Of a DNA stretch of 64,000 nt, positions 1-9,073 are shown in pieces (positions within the stretch are counted from its first letter, which is position 1; each line of letters opens with the position of its first letter). The stretch is from NCBI GenBank assembly GCA_022826195.1, contig JAJDVI010000091.1, positions 26,483 to 90,482 on the forward strand, given 5' to 3'. The notes under the pieces were generated by a model that saw only the letters and a program-made list of their open reading frames with translations, searched no databases and was not told the origin of the DNA. The position numbers and the translations under genes are program-made. This stretch comes from Acidobacteriota bacterium. GTDB taxonomy: Bacteria > Acidobacteriota > Vicinamibacteria > Marinacidobacterales > Marinacidobacteraceae.

Positions 1-447
1 GAGGAAGTCAAGACGAACGACGTGACCGGCCGGGTCTCGGTCGGAGAGTGCGGCATGACGGTGGAGTTCGGCCGGCCGGGCGTCTCCGCCAGCTTCGCCG
101 ACATGGATCGGGTCACCCGGCGCCTCGCGCGGCTCGGGGTGCACTTCGAAAAGAAGAACCCGGTCACCAACCTGATGAGCGACGTCGCCACCGGAGCGAT
201 CCGGGAAGACCTCCTGGGAGAACGCGTGCTCTCGGCAATCGTGGAGATCAAGGTCCGGACGGAGCAGGTGCCCGAAGTGATGAAAGCGGTGGAAGCGGCC
301 GCCGCTGACTCCGAGACGATCATCTCGGTGGGCGCCGCGACCCGCTGCGGCCCGGAGGGCGAGGACGACCTCGGGGCCATGCTGCGGCAGCACGGCTACA
401 CGGCGTTCCGCGGCAAGACGAACCTCGGACTGGGCCGGGCGGAATAG
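1..447 (+). CDS. C-terminal part of a conserved protein, probably with an N-terminal 4Fe-4S ferredoxin domain (5' truncated)
   Basis: Frame is open from base 1 (EEVKTNDVTGR...EFGRPGV...NPVT...VLSAIVE...KTNLGLGR). The EExKTNDVTGR motif is recalled from a ferredoxin-domain family. Confidence 0.55.
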   Translation, partial: EEVKTNDVTGRVSVGECGMTVEFGRPGVSASFADMDRVTRRLARLGVHFEKKNPVTNLMSDVATGAIREDLLGERVLSAIVEIKVRTEQVPEVMKAVEAAAADSETIISVGAATRCGPEGEDDLGAMLRQHGYTAFRGKTNLGLGRAE

Positions 448-624
448 CGGCGTCCGGGTCCGATCTCTCGGCGCGGGCGGATGGATCGTCCAGCGGCTGC
501 CCCTTCACCGAAGCGGTTCGCGCAACCGTCCGCATCCGTGGCATGGGCAGCGGCCTCGTCACGTATTGTGGCAATAAACACCCGTATTTTGTTACGATAA
601 TGCTGTAAAGAGGCCCCTTTTTCG

Positions 625-2004
625 ATGGATCGCAAACAGTTCTCGCGCCTTGAGGACTGGTTGGCACGACCGGATCGAAAACCACTGATCCTCCGCGGCG
701 CGCGGCAGGTCGGCAAGTCCACCCTGGTGCGCCTGTTCGCCGAACGCGCGGGGCGGCCGCTCGCCGAGGTCAACCTGGAACGACGGCCCGATCTCGCCGG
801 CGCCTTCGCCCGCAACGATCCCGCCTATCTGCTACGAGTACTCGAAACGCTGCCGGGGGTCGGCCCCATCGGTCCGGACAGCGTGTTGTTTCTCGACGAG
901 ATCCAGAGCGTTCCCGAAGCGATCCCGGCCCTCCGCTACCTCCGGGAGGACGTGAGCGCCCTGCCTGTGCTGGCGGCGGGATCGCTGCTCGATTTCGCCC
1001 TCGCCGATCATCGCCTGTCCATGCCGGTGGGACGGGTCGCATACCTGCACATGGGGCCCATGACGTTCACGGAGTTCCTGAGCGCGGCGGGAGCGAAGCA
1101 ACTGGCGGCCCGGATTGCGGCGTTCGAGCTGGAAGAGGGACTGGACCCGGCAATCCACAACCGCCTGATGGGGCTGCTCAGGACCTATCTCTTCACCGGT
1201 GGCATGCCCGAAGCCATTCTTGCGTTCGTCCGTTCCGGCCGGCTAACGGACGTGAGCGAAGTGCATAACTCCATCATCGAGACCTACCGCGAGGATCTGC
1301 CCCGCTACGTCGGCTCAAGGAGCCTGCCCCGAGTCGTCAACGTGCTGAATCTGGCGGCTCGCAACGTGGGCCGCAAGGTCAAGTACGCCCGCTTCTCCAC
1401 AGAGGACCAGGCGGCAACCATCCGGGCCGACATCGAACGGCTCTGTCTGGCGCGCGTGCTGGCGAAGGTGGTCCACAGCCATGCGGGCGGACTGCCGCTG
1501 CACGCCGAGGCGGACCCGCGCGTGTTCAAGCTGCTGTTCATGGACGTGGGCCTGATGAACGCGGTCTGCGGCCTGGGCTGGACCGGCATCGAGAGCCTGG
1601 ACACCGTCCGGCTCGTGAACGAGGGCGCGATGGCGGAACAGTTCATCGGGCAGCACCTTCAGGACCTGCTCGCCGACGCGCCGAATCGCGAACTGACCTA
1701 CTGGCTGCGGGAAGGCCGCTCCGCAAACGCCGAAGTGGACTACGTGGCGGCGTTCGACGGACGCATCGTGCCGATCGAAGTGAAGGCGGGCGCGAAAGGC
1801 AGTCTCCGATCCCTGCACCAGTTCGTGGCCGAGAAGGAGGTTTCCCTTGCCGTCCGCTTCGACGCCGCGCTTCCCTCCGCCCACACCGTGACGGCCCGGG
1901 TCCAGCGGGGCGGCGTCCCGGTGGAGGTGAGCTACCGTCTGCTCTCGCTCCCCCTCTACCTGGTCGAACGCATTCCGTCCCTGCTCCGCGCCCTCCCCGC
2001 ATGA
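625..2004 (+). CDS. AAA+ ATPase with DUF4143 and C-terminal PD-(D/E)xK-like motif
   Basis: Walker A GARQVGKS, Walker [26 protein letters not shown]...PIEVK. Confidence 0.9.
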   Translation: MDRKQFSRLEDWLARPDRKPLILRGARQVGKSTLVRLFAERAGRPLAEVNLERRPDLAGAFARNDPAYLLRVLETLPGVGPIGPDSVLFLDEIQSVPEAIPALRYLREDVSALPVLAAGSLLDFALADHRLSMPVGRVAYLHMGPMTFTEFLSAAGAKQLAARIAAFELEEGLDPAIHNRLMGLLRTYLFTGGMPEAILAFVRSGRLTDVSEVHNSIIETYREDLPRYVGSRSLPRVVNVLNLAARNVGRKVKYARFSTEDQAATIRADIERLCLARVLAKVVHSHAGGLPLHAEADPRVFKLLFMDVGLMNAVCGLGWTGIESLDTVRLVNEGAMAEQFIGQHLQDLLADAPNRELTYWLREGRSANAEVDYVAAFDGRIVPIEVKAGAKGSLRSLHQFVAEKEVSLAVRFDAALPSAHTVTARVQRGGVPVEVSYRLLSLPLYLVERIPSLLRALPA

Positions 2005-2050
2005 GCCGAAACGAGACCGCGTCGGTCACGCAAGGCAGTCCGCGAGGCGA

Positions 2051-3205
2051 TCACCGCGCGAGCGCCGCCACGAGGGCGTCCGCGACCTCGTCCACCTGGG
2101 CTTCGGTAATCACGAGCGGGGGCAGCAGCCGGATCACCGTTGACCCGGCCGGAAGCGCCAGCACGCCGCCCTCCATCAGCCTTTCCAGGGTGGGACGGCA
2201 ACGCTCCCGGAGCTCGACGCCGATCATCAGGCCCAGTTGCCGGACGGCCCGCACCCGGGCGGGCGGCTTTCGGGAGATCCGTTCCCGGAATCGCGCGCCC
2301 CGTTCCTCCGCCCGCTCCGCCAGCCGCTCGTCCTCCATGAAGCGGATGGCGGTGAGCGCCGCCGCGCAGGCGAGCGGGTTGCCGCCGAACGTGGTGCCGT
2401 GCTTGCCGATGAGCGGCGGCAGGCGGTCACCGGCGAGCACCGCGCCCATGGGGACGCCGCCGGCGATCGCCTTGGCCAGGCACAGGAGGTCCGGCTCCAC
2501 GCCGTGGTGTTCGCAGGCGAACATCCGGCCGGTGCGGCAAAAGCCCGTCTGGGACTCGTCCAGGATGAGCATCGCGCCCGCTTCGTCGCAGGCGGCGCGC
2601 ACCGCCCGGAGGTACCCGGGTTCGGCAGGCCGCACGCCGCCTTCGCCCTGGACCGGTTCCAGCAGGACCGCCGCGGTCTGGTCGCCGACCGCATGGCGCA
2701 GCCTGTCGGCGTCGCCGAACGGCACGAAGGAGAAACCCGGGACGAGGGGCGCGAAGGGTTCCCGATAGTCCTTCCGGAACGTGGCGCTCAGCGCCCCCAT
2801 GGTGCGGCCGTGGAAACCGCGCATCGCGGAGACGATCCCGGTGCGGCCGGTGGCGAGGCGGGCGAACTTGAGCGCCGCCTCCACCGCCTCCGCTCCCGAG
2901 TTGCACAGGAAGGCGCGGGTCAGCCCCGGGGGCGCGATGGAGACGAGTTTCTCGAGCAGCTCCGCCCGCCGGTCGTTGTAGAAGATGCCGGGACAGGTCA
3001 CCAGCAGCCGCGCCTGTTCGGCGATCGCCCGCGCCACCGCGGGGTTGGCGTGGCCCACGCTCGCCACGCCGATGCCCCCGACGCAGTCGAGGTAGCGGCG
3101 CCCCCGGTCGTCCCAGACCTCCGCCCCGAACCCGCGAACCAGGGTCAGCTCGCGCTTGGGATAGACCTCGAGCCCCCAGGTCCGTTCGGCTTCCCGGGAG
3201 TTCAT
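2051..3205 (-). CDS. lysJ: [LysW]-aminoadipate semialdehyde transaminase (class III PLP aminotransferase)
   Basis: [48 protein letters not shown]; lies in the lysW operon. Confidence 0.88.
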   Translation of the reverse strand: MNSREAERTWGLEVYPKRELTLVRGFGAEVWDDRGRRYLDCVGGIGVASVGHANPAVARAIAEQARLLVTCPGIFYNDRRAELLEKLVSIAPPGLTRAFLCNSGAEAVEAALKFARLATGRTGIVSAMRGFHGRTMGALSATFRKDYREPFAPLVPGFSFVPFGDADRLRHAVGDQTAAVLLEPVQGEGGVRPAEPGYLRAVRAACDEAGAMLILDESQTGFCRTGRMFACEHHGVEPDLLCLAKAIAGGVPMGAVLAGDRLPPLIGKHGTTFGGNPLACAAALTAIRFMEDERLAERAEERGARFRERISRKPPARVRAVRQLGLMIGVELRERCRPTLERLMEGGVLALPAGSTVIRLLPPLVITEAQVDEVADALVAALAR

Positions 3206-3993
3206 TCGATCACCGTCCCCCGGCCCGCGAGGGCGTCCCGGACGGGGTGCTCGACCCGCCCGTCGGCGATCACCACACGGGTCGAACCGGCCCGGACCAG
3301 CCGGCTCAGGGCGAGCATCTTCCGCTTCATTCGCCCGCTCACCAGGGCCTCGCGGCGCTCGACCTCGGTGCGCGACATGCGGGGGACGAGCGAGCCGGGG
3401 TCGTCCGGCGCCTCGAGGAAACCGGGCGCCTCGATCAGTTGGACCACCAGCTCGGCGTGGAGCTCGGCGTTGAGCGCGACCAGGATGTCGTCGTTCTCCG
3501 AGTTGATCGCGAAGCCGCGCTCGTCGAGGATGGGGATCGTCAGGACCGGCGCCAGTCCCTGGTCGAGCAGTTGCCGCAGCAGCCCCCCGTTCACCCCGGC
3601 CGGCTTGCCCGACAGGTCGCGCCGAATCAGGGTCTTGCCACCCTCCCGAACGCGGATGCCCGGGTTCCGGCGGCCCCGGACGAGGGCGCCGTCGAGGCCG
3701 GTGAGGCCGATCGCATTCACCCCGCTCCGCTGGAACAGTTCCACGATCCGCTTGTTCCGCAGGCCGGCGTAGGCCATGAGGATGAGGTCCACCGCTTCGG
3801 CGTCGGAGTACACGCTGTCGTAGCCGGACACCGAGGTGAGCACCTGCTTGTGGATGCCGAGGCGCTCACCGAGTTCGTCGCGCAGGGCGTTCGCGCCGTG
3901 GATGACCACGAAGGGCTTTCCGATGCCCGTCAGATCCTCGGTGATCCCCTCCAGGTTCATCGACGCGCCCCCGCCGACCTTGATCAGGAGCAC
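3202..3993 (-). CDS. lysZ: [LysW]-aminoadipate kinase
   Basis: Amino-acid kinase family: IKVGGG, VIHGA, SVSGY-S, GRMKRK; overlaps the lysJ start. Confidence 0.88.
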   Translation of the reverse strand: MLLIKVGGGASMNLEGITEDLTGIGKPFVVIHGANALRDELGERLGIHKQVLTSVSGYDSVYSDAEAVDLILMAYAGLRNKRIVELFQRSGVNAIGLTGLDGALVRGRRNPGIRVREGGKTLIRRDLSGKPAGVNGGLLRQLLDQGLAPVLTIPILDERGFAINSENDDILVALNAELHAELVVQLIEAPGFLEAPDDPGSLVPRMSRTEVERREALVSGRMKRKMLALSRLVRAGSTRVVIADGRVEHPVRDALAGRGTVIE

Positions 3994-3997
3994 GACG

Positions 3998-4666
3998 TCA
4001 CCCGGCCCCGGGTCCGGGGCCGAGCGTGCTGATCGTCCCGTTCGCGATGGGGGTCCACTCGGCCGGGCCGGCCCGCGCCGGATACCTCTCCGAGCACAGG
4101 ACGTGCGCGCCGCCGACGGCGGCGCGGCGCATCTGGAAGTAGTCGGGATCCTCGTTGAAGCGGCTGGCCACGGTGACGCGGAACGCGGCGTCGGTGACGA
4201 CGAGGTTCATGGCCCGCAGGTAGCGGGTGCGTTTCTCGATCAGCGGGAGCCCCCGTTCGAGGGCGCGGCACAGATCGCCGCGATCGAACCGCTTTACGAA
4301 GTTGAAGACCTTCTCGGCCCCGATCCGGCCCTGTTCCCGGATCCGCACCCCGCGGAGCTCGCCGTTGAAGAGGAACATGCGCTCCCCGTCGAAGAAGGGC
4401 ATGTTGTTCGCGACGCGGATCCCCTCGTCGCGGAAGGCGCTCCGGGCGTGGGCGAGCAGGAGGCGGGTTCGGCCCCGGGGCCGCCGGCGGTCCTCCCAGA
4501 TCGGCGTGATGTTCCGGTAGATCCGCCAGCGGCCGTCCTCGAGCCAGGCGCAGCCCCAGCCGTGTCCCTGAAACTCGCGGCTGTTCCTCGCGACCTCGGT
4601 GAACGCCTCCAGATGTTCCCCCAGGTCGAAGGGCTCGTCGCCGCGGACGCAGAGCAGCCGGCACAT
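3998..4666 (-). CDS. Class II glutamine amidotransferase / EgtC-YafJ-like Ntn hydrolase
   Basis: ATG at 4666 gives MCRLL (Cys2 nucleophile); HGWG, LAHARSA, NNMPF, FNGEL and CSE motifs. Confidence 0.85.
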   Translation of the reverse strand: MCRLLCVRGDEPFDLGEHLEAFTEVARNSREFQGHGWGCAWLEDGRWRIYRNITPIWEDRRRPRGRTRLLLAHARSAFRDEGIRVANNMPFFDGERMFLFNGELRGVRIREQGRIGAEKVFNFVKRFDRGDLCRALERGLPLIEKRTRYLRAMNLVVTDAAFRVTVASRFNEDPDYFQMRRAAVGGAHVLCSERYPARAGPAEWTPIANGTISTLGPGPGAG

Positions 4667-4698
4667 TTGGGGGATTCTGCCGTTCTCCTGGCCAGCCG

Positions 4699-5724
4699 CT
4701 AGATCGGGTGGAGGCCGGTGAACTCCAGACCGGCCGTTTCCCGGAAGCCGGACATGAGGTTGAACGCGTGGACCGCCTGTCCCGCCGCTCCCTTCGTCAG
4801 GTTGTCGAGGGCGCTCATCGCCACCACCCGCTTCGTCTCGGGGTCCCGTTCGAACCCCACGTCGCAGTAGTTCGTGCCGGCGAGGATGCCCGGTTCCGGG
4901 TAGCGGTGAATCCCGCTCCGGCCCTTCACGATCCGCACGAAGGGCTCCCCGGCATAGGCGTCGCGGTAGATCCGCCAGAGCTCCCGGTCCTCGAGGGCGC
5001 GGTCCGCGAAGACGTGACAGGTGGCGAGGACCCCGCGCACCATCTCGATCGAGGTGGCGGAAAAGTGGAGCTCCCGCACGCCGAGAGCTTCCGCGATCTC
5101 CCCCAGATGACGGTGTCCGGTGGGCTTGAACGCCCGGGCGGCGCCGCTGCGTTCCGGGTGATGACTTGCCGCGGTCCCCCGGTTGCCGGCTTCGCTGGAG
5201 CCGACCAGCACCTCGATGACGGCCGACTCCACGACTCCAGCGGCGGCCAGCGGCTTGAGGGCGAGAATGGCGGCCGTGGCGTTGCACCCGGCGCAGGCCA
5301 CCAGGTCCGCGCCGCGGAGCGCCTCCCGGTTCAGTTCGGGGATCCCGTAGACGAAGCGGCCCAGCAGGCCCGGGCAGGGGTGCGGCCCGCCGTACCAGCG
5401 CTCGTAGGCCGCGGGGTCGCGCAGCCGGAAGTCGGCGCCCAGATCGACGATCCGCCCGGCGATCCGGCGGAAGTCCTCGACCCGGCGGGAGGACTCCCCG
5501 TGGGGAAGACACACGAAGAGCACGTCGCAACCGGAGAGCTCGTCGAGACCGCGGAACTGCAGCCGGGTGGCGCCGCGCAGGTTCGGATGCACGCCGTGGG
5601 CGAACTTCCCGGCGAGGCGCTCGGAGGTGATCTCGGCTACCTCGACCTCCGGATGGCCGAGGAGCAGGCGCAGCAGCTCGCCGCCGGCGTAGCCGGAGGC
5701 GCCGGCGATGGATGCCCGGATCAT
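4699..5724 (-). CDS. lysY: [LysW]-aminoadipate-phosphate reductase (ArgC family)
   Basis: [45 protein letters not shown]; ATG at 5724 overlaps the lysX stop. Confidence 0.9.
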   Translation of the reverse strand: MIRASIAGASGYAGGELLRLLLGHPEVEVAEITSERLAGKFAHGVHPNLRGATRLQFRGLDELSGCDVLFVCLPHGESSRRVEDFRRIAGRIVDLGADFRLRDPAAYERWYGGPHPCPGLLGRFVYGIPELNREALRGADLVACAGCNATAAILALKPLAAAGVVESAVIEVLVGSSEAGNRGTAASHHPERSGAARAFKPTGHRHLGEIAEALGVRELHFSATSIEMVRGVLATCHVFADRALEDRELWRIYRDAYAGEPFVRIVKGRSGIHRYPEPGILAGTNYCDVGFERDPETKRVVAMSALDNLTKGAAGQAVHAFNLMSGFRETAGLEFTGLHPI

Positions 5725-6557
5725 CGGCCGGCGGAAAGGAGGTAGGACACGATCCGCTCCGGGATGTCGACCCCGGTGACGCCGATGCTGTTCCGGAACT
5801 CCATCGTGTAGTTGACCTCGTTGACGAGCAGGCCTTCCGGGGTCTCGAAGAGGTCCACGGCGAGGACGCCGCCGCCCACCGCCTCCGCCGCCCTGAGCGA
5901 CAGCTCGGCGAGCTCGGCGGTGACCGGACAGTTGGAGGTCGTCGCTCCCCGCGCCGTGTTGGTGATCCAGTGATCCGAAGTGCGGTACACCGCGGCGATG
6001 CACTCATCCCCGACCACGAAGCTGCGGATGTCCCGGCCGCCCTTCTCCACGTACTTCTGGGCAAAGAAGATGGAGTGGTGGTAGCTCCCGAGGATCGCCT
6101 TGTGCTCCAGCACCGTCTCCGCCGCCTGCCGATCGTTGATCCGGGAGAGCAGCCGCCCCCAGGATCCGACCGCCGGCTTCAGCACCACCGGATAGTCGAG
6201 TTCCTCGATGGCTTCCAGGGTGGAGCCCTCGGTGAAGGCGACCCGGGTTTCGGGTTGCGGCACGCCGAACTCCTCGAGCGCGACGGCGGTCAGGATCTTG
6301 TCGCCGCACTTGCGCGAGACCTCGTAGCGGTTGACGCACCGGGTGCCCATGCTCTCGAAGAGCCGCAGGGCGTGCATCGCCCGGGAGTGGTTGATGGAGC
6401 GTTCCAGGATGACGTCAACCGCGGGCGGAGTCCGCAGGTCGAACACCAGCCGGCGGTCGTCGAGGAAGACCAGCTCGACTCCCGAACGGCGCCGCAGTTC
6501 CCGGATAAGGAGCTTTTCTTCCGGACGGATCAGGGAATGGAGGAAGCCGACCCTCAT
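5721..6557 (-). CDS. lysX: Alpha-aminoadipate--LysW ligase (RimK-type ATP-grasp)
   Basis: [20 protein letters not shown] and [10 protein letters not shown], which are LysX-type rather than ArgX-type signatures. Confidence 0.92.
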   Translation of the reverse strand: MRVGFLHSLIRPEEKLLIRELRRRSGVELVFLDDRRLVFDLRTPPAVDVILERSINHSRAMHALRLFESMGTRCVNRYEVSRKCGDKILTAVALEEFGVPQPETRVAFTEGSTLEAIEELDYPVVLKPAVGSWGRLLSRINDRQAAETVLEHKAILGSYHHSIFFAQKYVEKGGRDIRSFVVGDECIAAVYRTSDHWITNTARGATTSNCPVTAELAELSLRAAEAVGGGVLAVDLFETPEGLLVNEVNYTMEFRNSIGVTGVDIPERIVSYLLSAGR

Positions 6558-6718
6558 TCACCCCAGTCCTCCTCGGCGGTCGGGGCTTCGCCCAGGGCGA
6601 TCGGGTCGAGGCCCAGGATCTCGAGTTCGCTGCCGCACTCCGGGCACTCGAGGAGCTCCCCTTCGACGGGATCGTCGGAGATCTCGACGGCGCCGCCGCA
6701 CACCGGGCAATTCGTCAC
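6554..6718 (-). CDS. lysW: Amino-group carrier protein LysW (54 aa, missing from the ORF track)
   Basis: GTG start with GGAGGAGG SD; MTNCPVCGG...CPECGSELE...EEDWGE, with two CxxC and the C-terminal EDWGE; ATGA overlap with lysX. Confidence 0.96.
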   Translation of the reverse strand: MTNCPVCGGAVEISDDPVEGELLECPECGSELEILGLDPIALGEAPTAEEDWGE

Positions 6719-6775
6719 TGCCTCCTCCCCTGGTCCGTCCGAAAGGCGAAGGAATCCACCCGACCTCGGGTCCGC

Positions 6776-7435
6776 TCAGCCGCCGCGCAGGATGCGGCAG
6801 GCGCGCGTGGTGTTGAAGATCCCGCAGGAACAGAAGCGCGCCATGGCTTCCGCGCAGTCTTCCGGCGCCCGCCGTCCGGTCCGCACCCAGTCGAGCATCT
6901 TGCGGGCAAAGCCGAACGAGAGCATCCCGTGGCCGCACATCGTGGAGAGCTGAAGCGTGGCGCGGTCCGGCAGCCGGTCCAGGTTCCCGAAGAACCCCAG
7001 GCTGTACTCCACGCTGTGCCGGACGATTCCCGCTTCCCGGGCCAGTTCCGCGGCCCGGTCGGTCAGCCCGCTGATGTTGATGCTGATCCCCAGATCGGCT
7101 TCCTTCAGGTCCGCCAGGAAACCCACCAGCGCCGCTTCGGTGTCGAAGACCGCCGACACCACCGTCGGAGCGTTCACCCCGGTCCGGATCGAGTCGGGGG
7201 CCAGGCGCTTTCGCCGGCGCCAGTGGGCCAGCGGGTTCAGCCGGGAGGACCGGAAGATGCCTCCCTTCGTGGCGTCGCCCAGGTTGATGGGCCCGTGGCG
7301 GAGGGCGATCTCGGTAAACCGCCGCAGCTTCTCCGGTGACCCCTCGTCGTTGATTCCCCGCGCCGCCATCGCGAACACGATGTAGTCGTCCTTGAGCGTC
7401 TCCGGGGCCCCGTAGCGGTGGAGGGTGTTCGTCAT
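6776..7435 (-). CDS. Conserved hypothetical Cys-motif protein (219 aa), probably metal or Fe-S binding
   Basis: MTNTLHRYG...DDYIVF...STMCGHG...CSCGIFN; start reassigned to ATG at 7435. Confidence 0.7.
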   Translation of the reverse strand: MTNTLHRYGAPETLKDDYIVFAMAARGINDEGSPEKLRRFTEIALRHGPINLGDATKGGIFRSSRLNPLAHWRRRKRLAPDSIRTGVNAPTVVSAVFDTEAALVGFLADLKEADLGISINISGLTDRAAELAREAGIVRHSVEYSLGFFGNLDRLPDRATLQLSTMCGHGMLSFGFARKMLDWVRTGRRAPEDCAEAMARFCSCGIFNTTRACRILRGG

Positions 7436-7531
7436 CGGGCGCGCAAAGCATACGGGCCCCCGCGCCGTCGTGTCCCGACGGCTCTCGCGCCGGTTCCAGC
7501 GCGTGTCCGGCCGGTCCTTAGAATCGGCGCC

Positions 7532-8962
7532 ATGGCCTCGAGCGCCGCGGCTTCCTGGGTCGCCTGCCCTGCACCCCCCGCCGACGCGGACACCGCAAAG
7601 GCGGCTCGGACGGTTTCGCCCGCCAATGGATGGCCTGCCCACCGCCCCCCGCCGGCGGGGGGCCGCTGGCGCCTCTTCCTCAGCGGTGATGGAGCGGCCG
7701 CGCGGGTCGCCGCCGCCGAAGCCGTTTCCGGGCAGGGCGCGGTCGTGAATCCGGCCTTGCCGATGGAAGACCTGCCGCTCGCCCTGCACCGGCTGGGTCC
7801 GCTCCCGGATCACGCGGACGCCGTCCTGCTCGCCGACTTTCATCGGGCTTTCCCCTGCCGGGCCGCCGTCCGCCGGCGCGGCGCGCTCGAGGAGACGCCG
7901 CCGCTTCCCGCGATCGCGACGCCCGCGTACGTGCTGGCCCGTCTCGGCCAGCTCGGGGCCGAAGCGCGGACCCTGGTGGTGTCGGCCCGGGAAGACGAGA
8001 TCGTACGGCGGGCCGCGGACCTCCTCGCCGGAAGGGGCGCGGCCTGCCAGTTCGAGGTAGCGCGCGAACCCGTCCCCCCGGCGTCGCCCGCGCCGGTGCG
8101 GGGTCCGGGGGAACGCGAACTGGCCGGGGCCGCGAGCGCTGCGGAACTCAGGAACATCGCCCTTCGGGCGCCGGCCGGCGCCGTGCGGGGCGAGGCGGCC
8201 GCGGCGGCGGCGGAGGCGGAACCGGAGGACCCCGTCGGCCATTTGCTGGCCGGCTGTGCGGCGAACGAGCGGAAGCAGCCGGCGGAGGCCGCGGCGGCCT
8301 TTCGAAGGGCCATCGAGCGTGACGATTCGCTCGCTGCCGCTCATTTCGAACTCGGGAAGACGATGATCGTCCTCGACGACCTCGAAGCGGCGCTCGAGTG
8401 CTTCCGGCGGACTACCGAGACCCTGTCCGGGTTCGCTCCCGGATGGGCGAACGCCGGCGCCGCTCTCGGCGAACTCGAGCGTCCCGAAGAGGCGCTGGGC
8501 AAGCTCGAGCGCGCCGCCGATCTCGACCCGCTCAGCCACTCGCTCGCCTCGAACCTGGGAGTCACGCTGCGGGACCTCGGCCGGCTGGCGGAGGCGGAAC
8601 GCGCTTTCCGGTGGGCGCTGGAACTCGCCCCCGATTTCGTGTTCGGGCACTACAACCTCGCGAACGCGGTCTACCTGCAGGGCCGCCACCGGGAAGCGGT
8701 CGGGTTGTTCGAGAAGGCCCAGGCCATGGACCCGTCGGGTTCCGACCGCCAGCGGCTGCTCCTCGCGGCGGCCCGGCTGGCGGCCGGGGACGTGGAGGAG
8801 GCGCTCGGCGACTACCGGGCGGTGTTCGACTCCCTCGACGGCCAGATGCGGATGGACATGCGGACGGTGGCCCAGTGGGACCTCCGGAGGCTGGCCGAAC
8901 GCACCGGGATCGGCCCCGAGCTGCGCCGCGCCGCCGAGTTCGTGCGGTCGGTCCGCGCCTGA
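7532..8962 (+). CDS. Tetratricopeptide repeat protein
   Basis: About five TPRs in the C-terminal half (AHFELG, GWANAG, LASNLG, GHYNLA); TAGAAT lies 7 nt before the ATG. Confidence 0.8.
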   Translation: MASSAAASWVACPAPPADADTAKAARTVSPANGWPAHRPPPAGGRWRLFLSGDGAAARVAAAEAVSGQGAVVNPALPMEDLPLALHRLGPLPDHADAVLLADFHRAFPCRAAVRRRGALEETPPLPAIATPAYVLARLGQLGAEARTLVVSAREDEIVRRAADLLAGRGAACQFEVAREPVPPASPAPVRGPGERELAGAASAAELRNIALRAPAGAVRGEAAAAAAEAEPEDPVGHLLAGCAANERKQPAEAAAAFRRAIERDDSLAAAHFELGKTMIVLDDLEAALECFRRTTETLSGFAPGWANAGAALGELERPEEALGKLERAADLDPLSHSLASNLGVTLRDLGRLAEAERAFRWALELAPDFVFGHYNLANAVYLQGRHREAVGLFEKAQAMDPSGSDRQRLLLAAARLAAGDVEEALGDYRAVFDSLDGQMRMDMRTVAQWDLRRLAERTGIGPELRRAAEFVRSVRA

Positions 8963-8978
8963 ATTCTCCGAATTCCAT

Positions 8979-9008
8979 TTGACTTGGACCCCGGTTCGGC
9001 CATATAAG
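8979..9008 (+). promoter_or_regulatory. Sigma70-type promoter for the 9074-12202 operon
   Basis: TTGACT-N18-TATAAG. Confidence 0.55.
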
Positions 9009-9073
9009 GGCCTACCCCGCCACGCGTATGTTCCGTGCGGCGGTCATCCCCCGGCGAACGGAGAAATCCCCTC

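Noticed and set aside
7436-8689. Long N-terminal extension of the 6776-8689 ORF, and apparent fusions in 3998-6064, 23212-26286, 16542-20027 and 59342-60874
   Set aside because: The extensions overlap real genes in other frames or strands, and internal starts coincide with the family N-termini.
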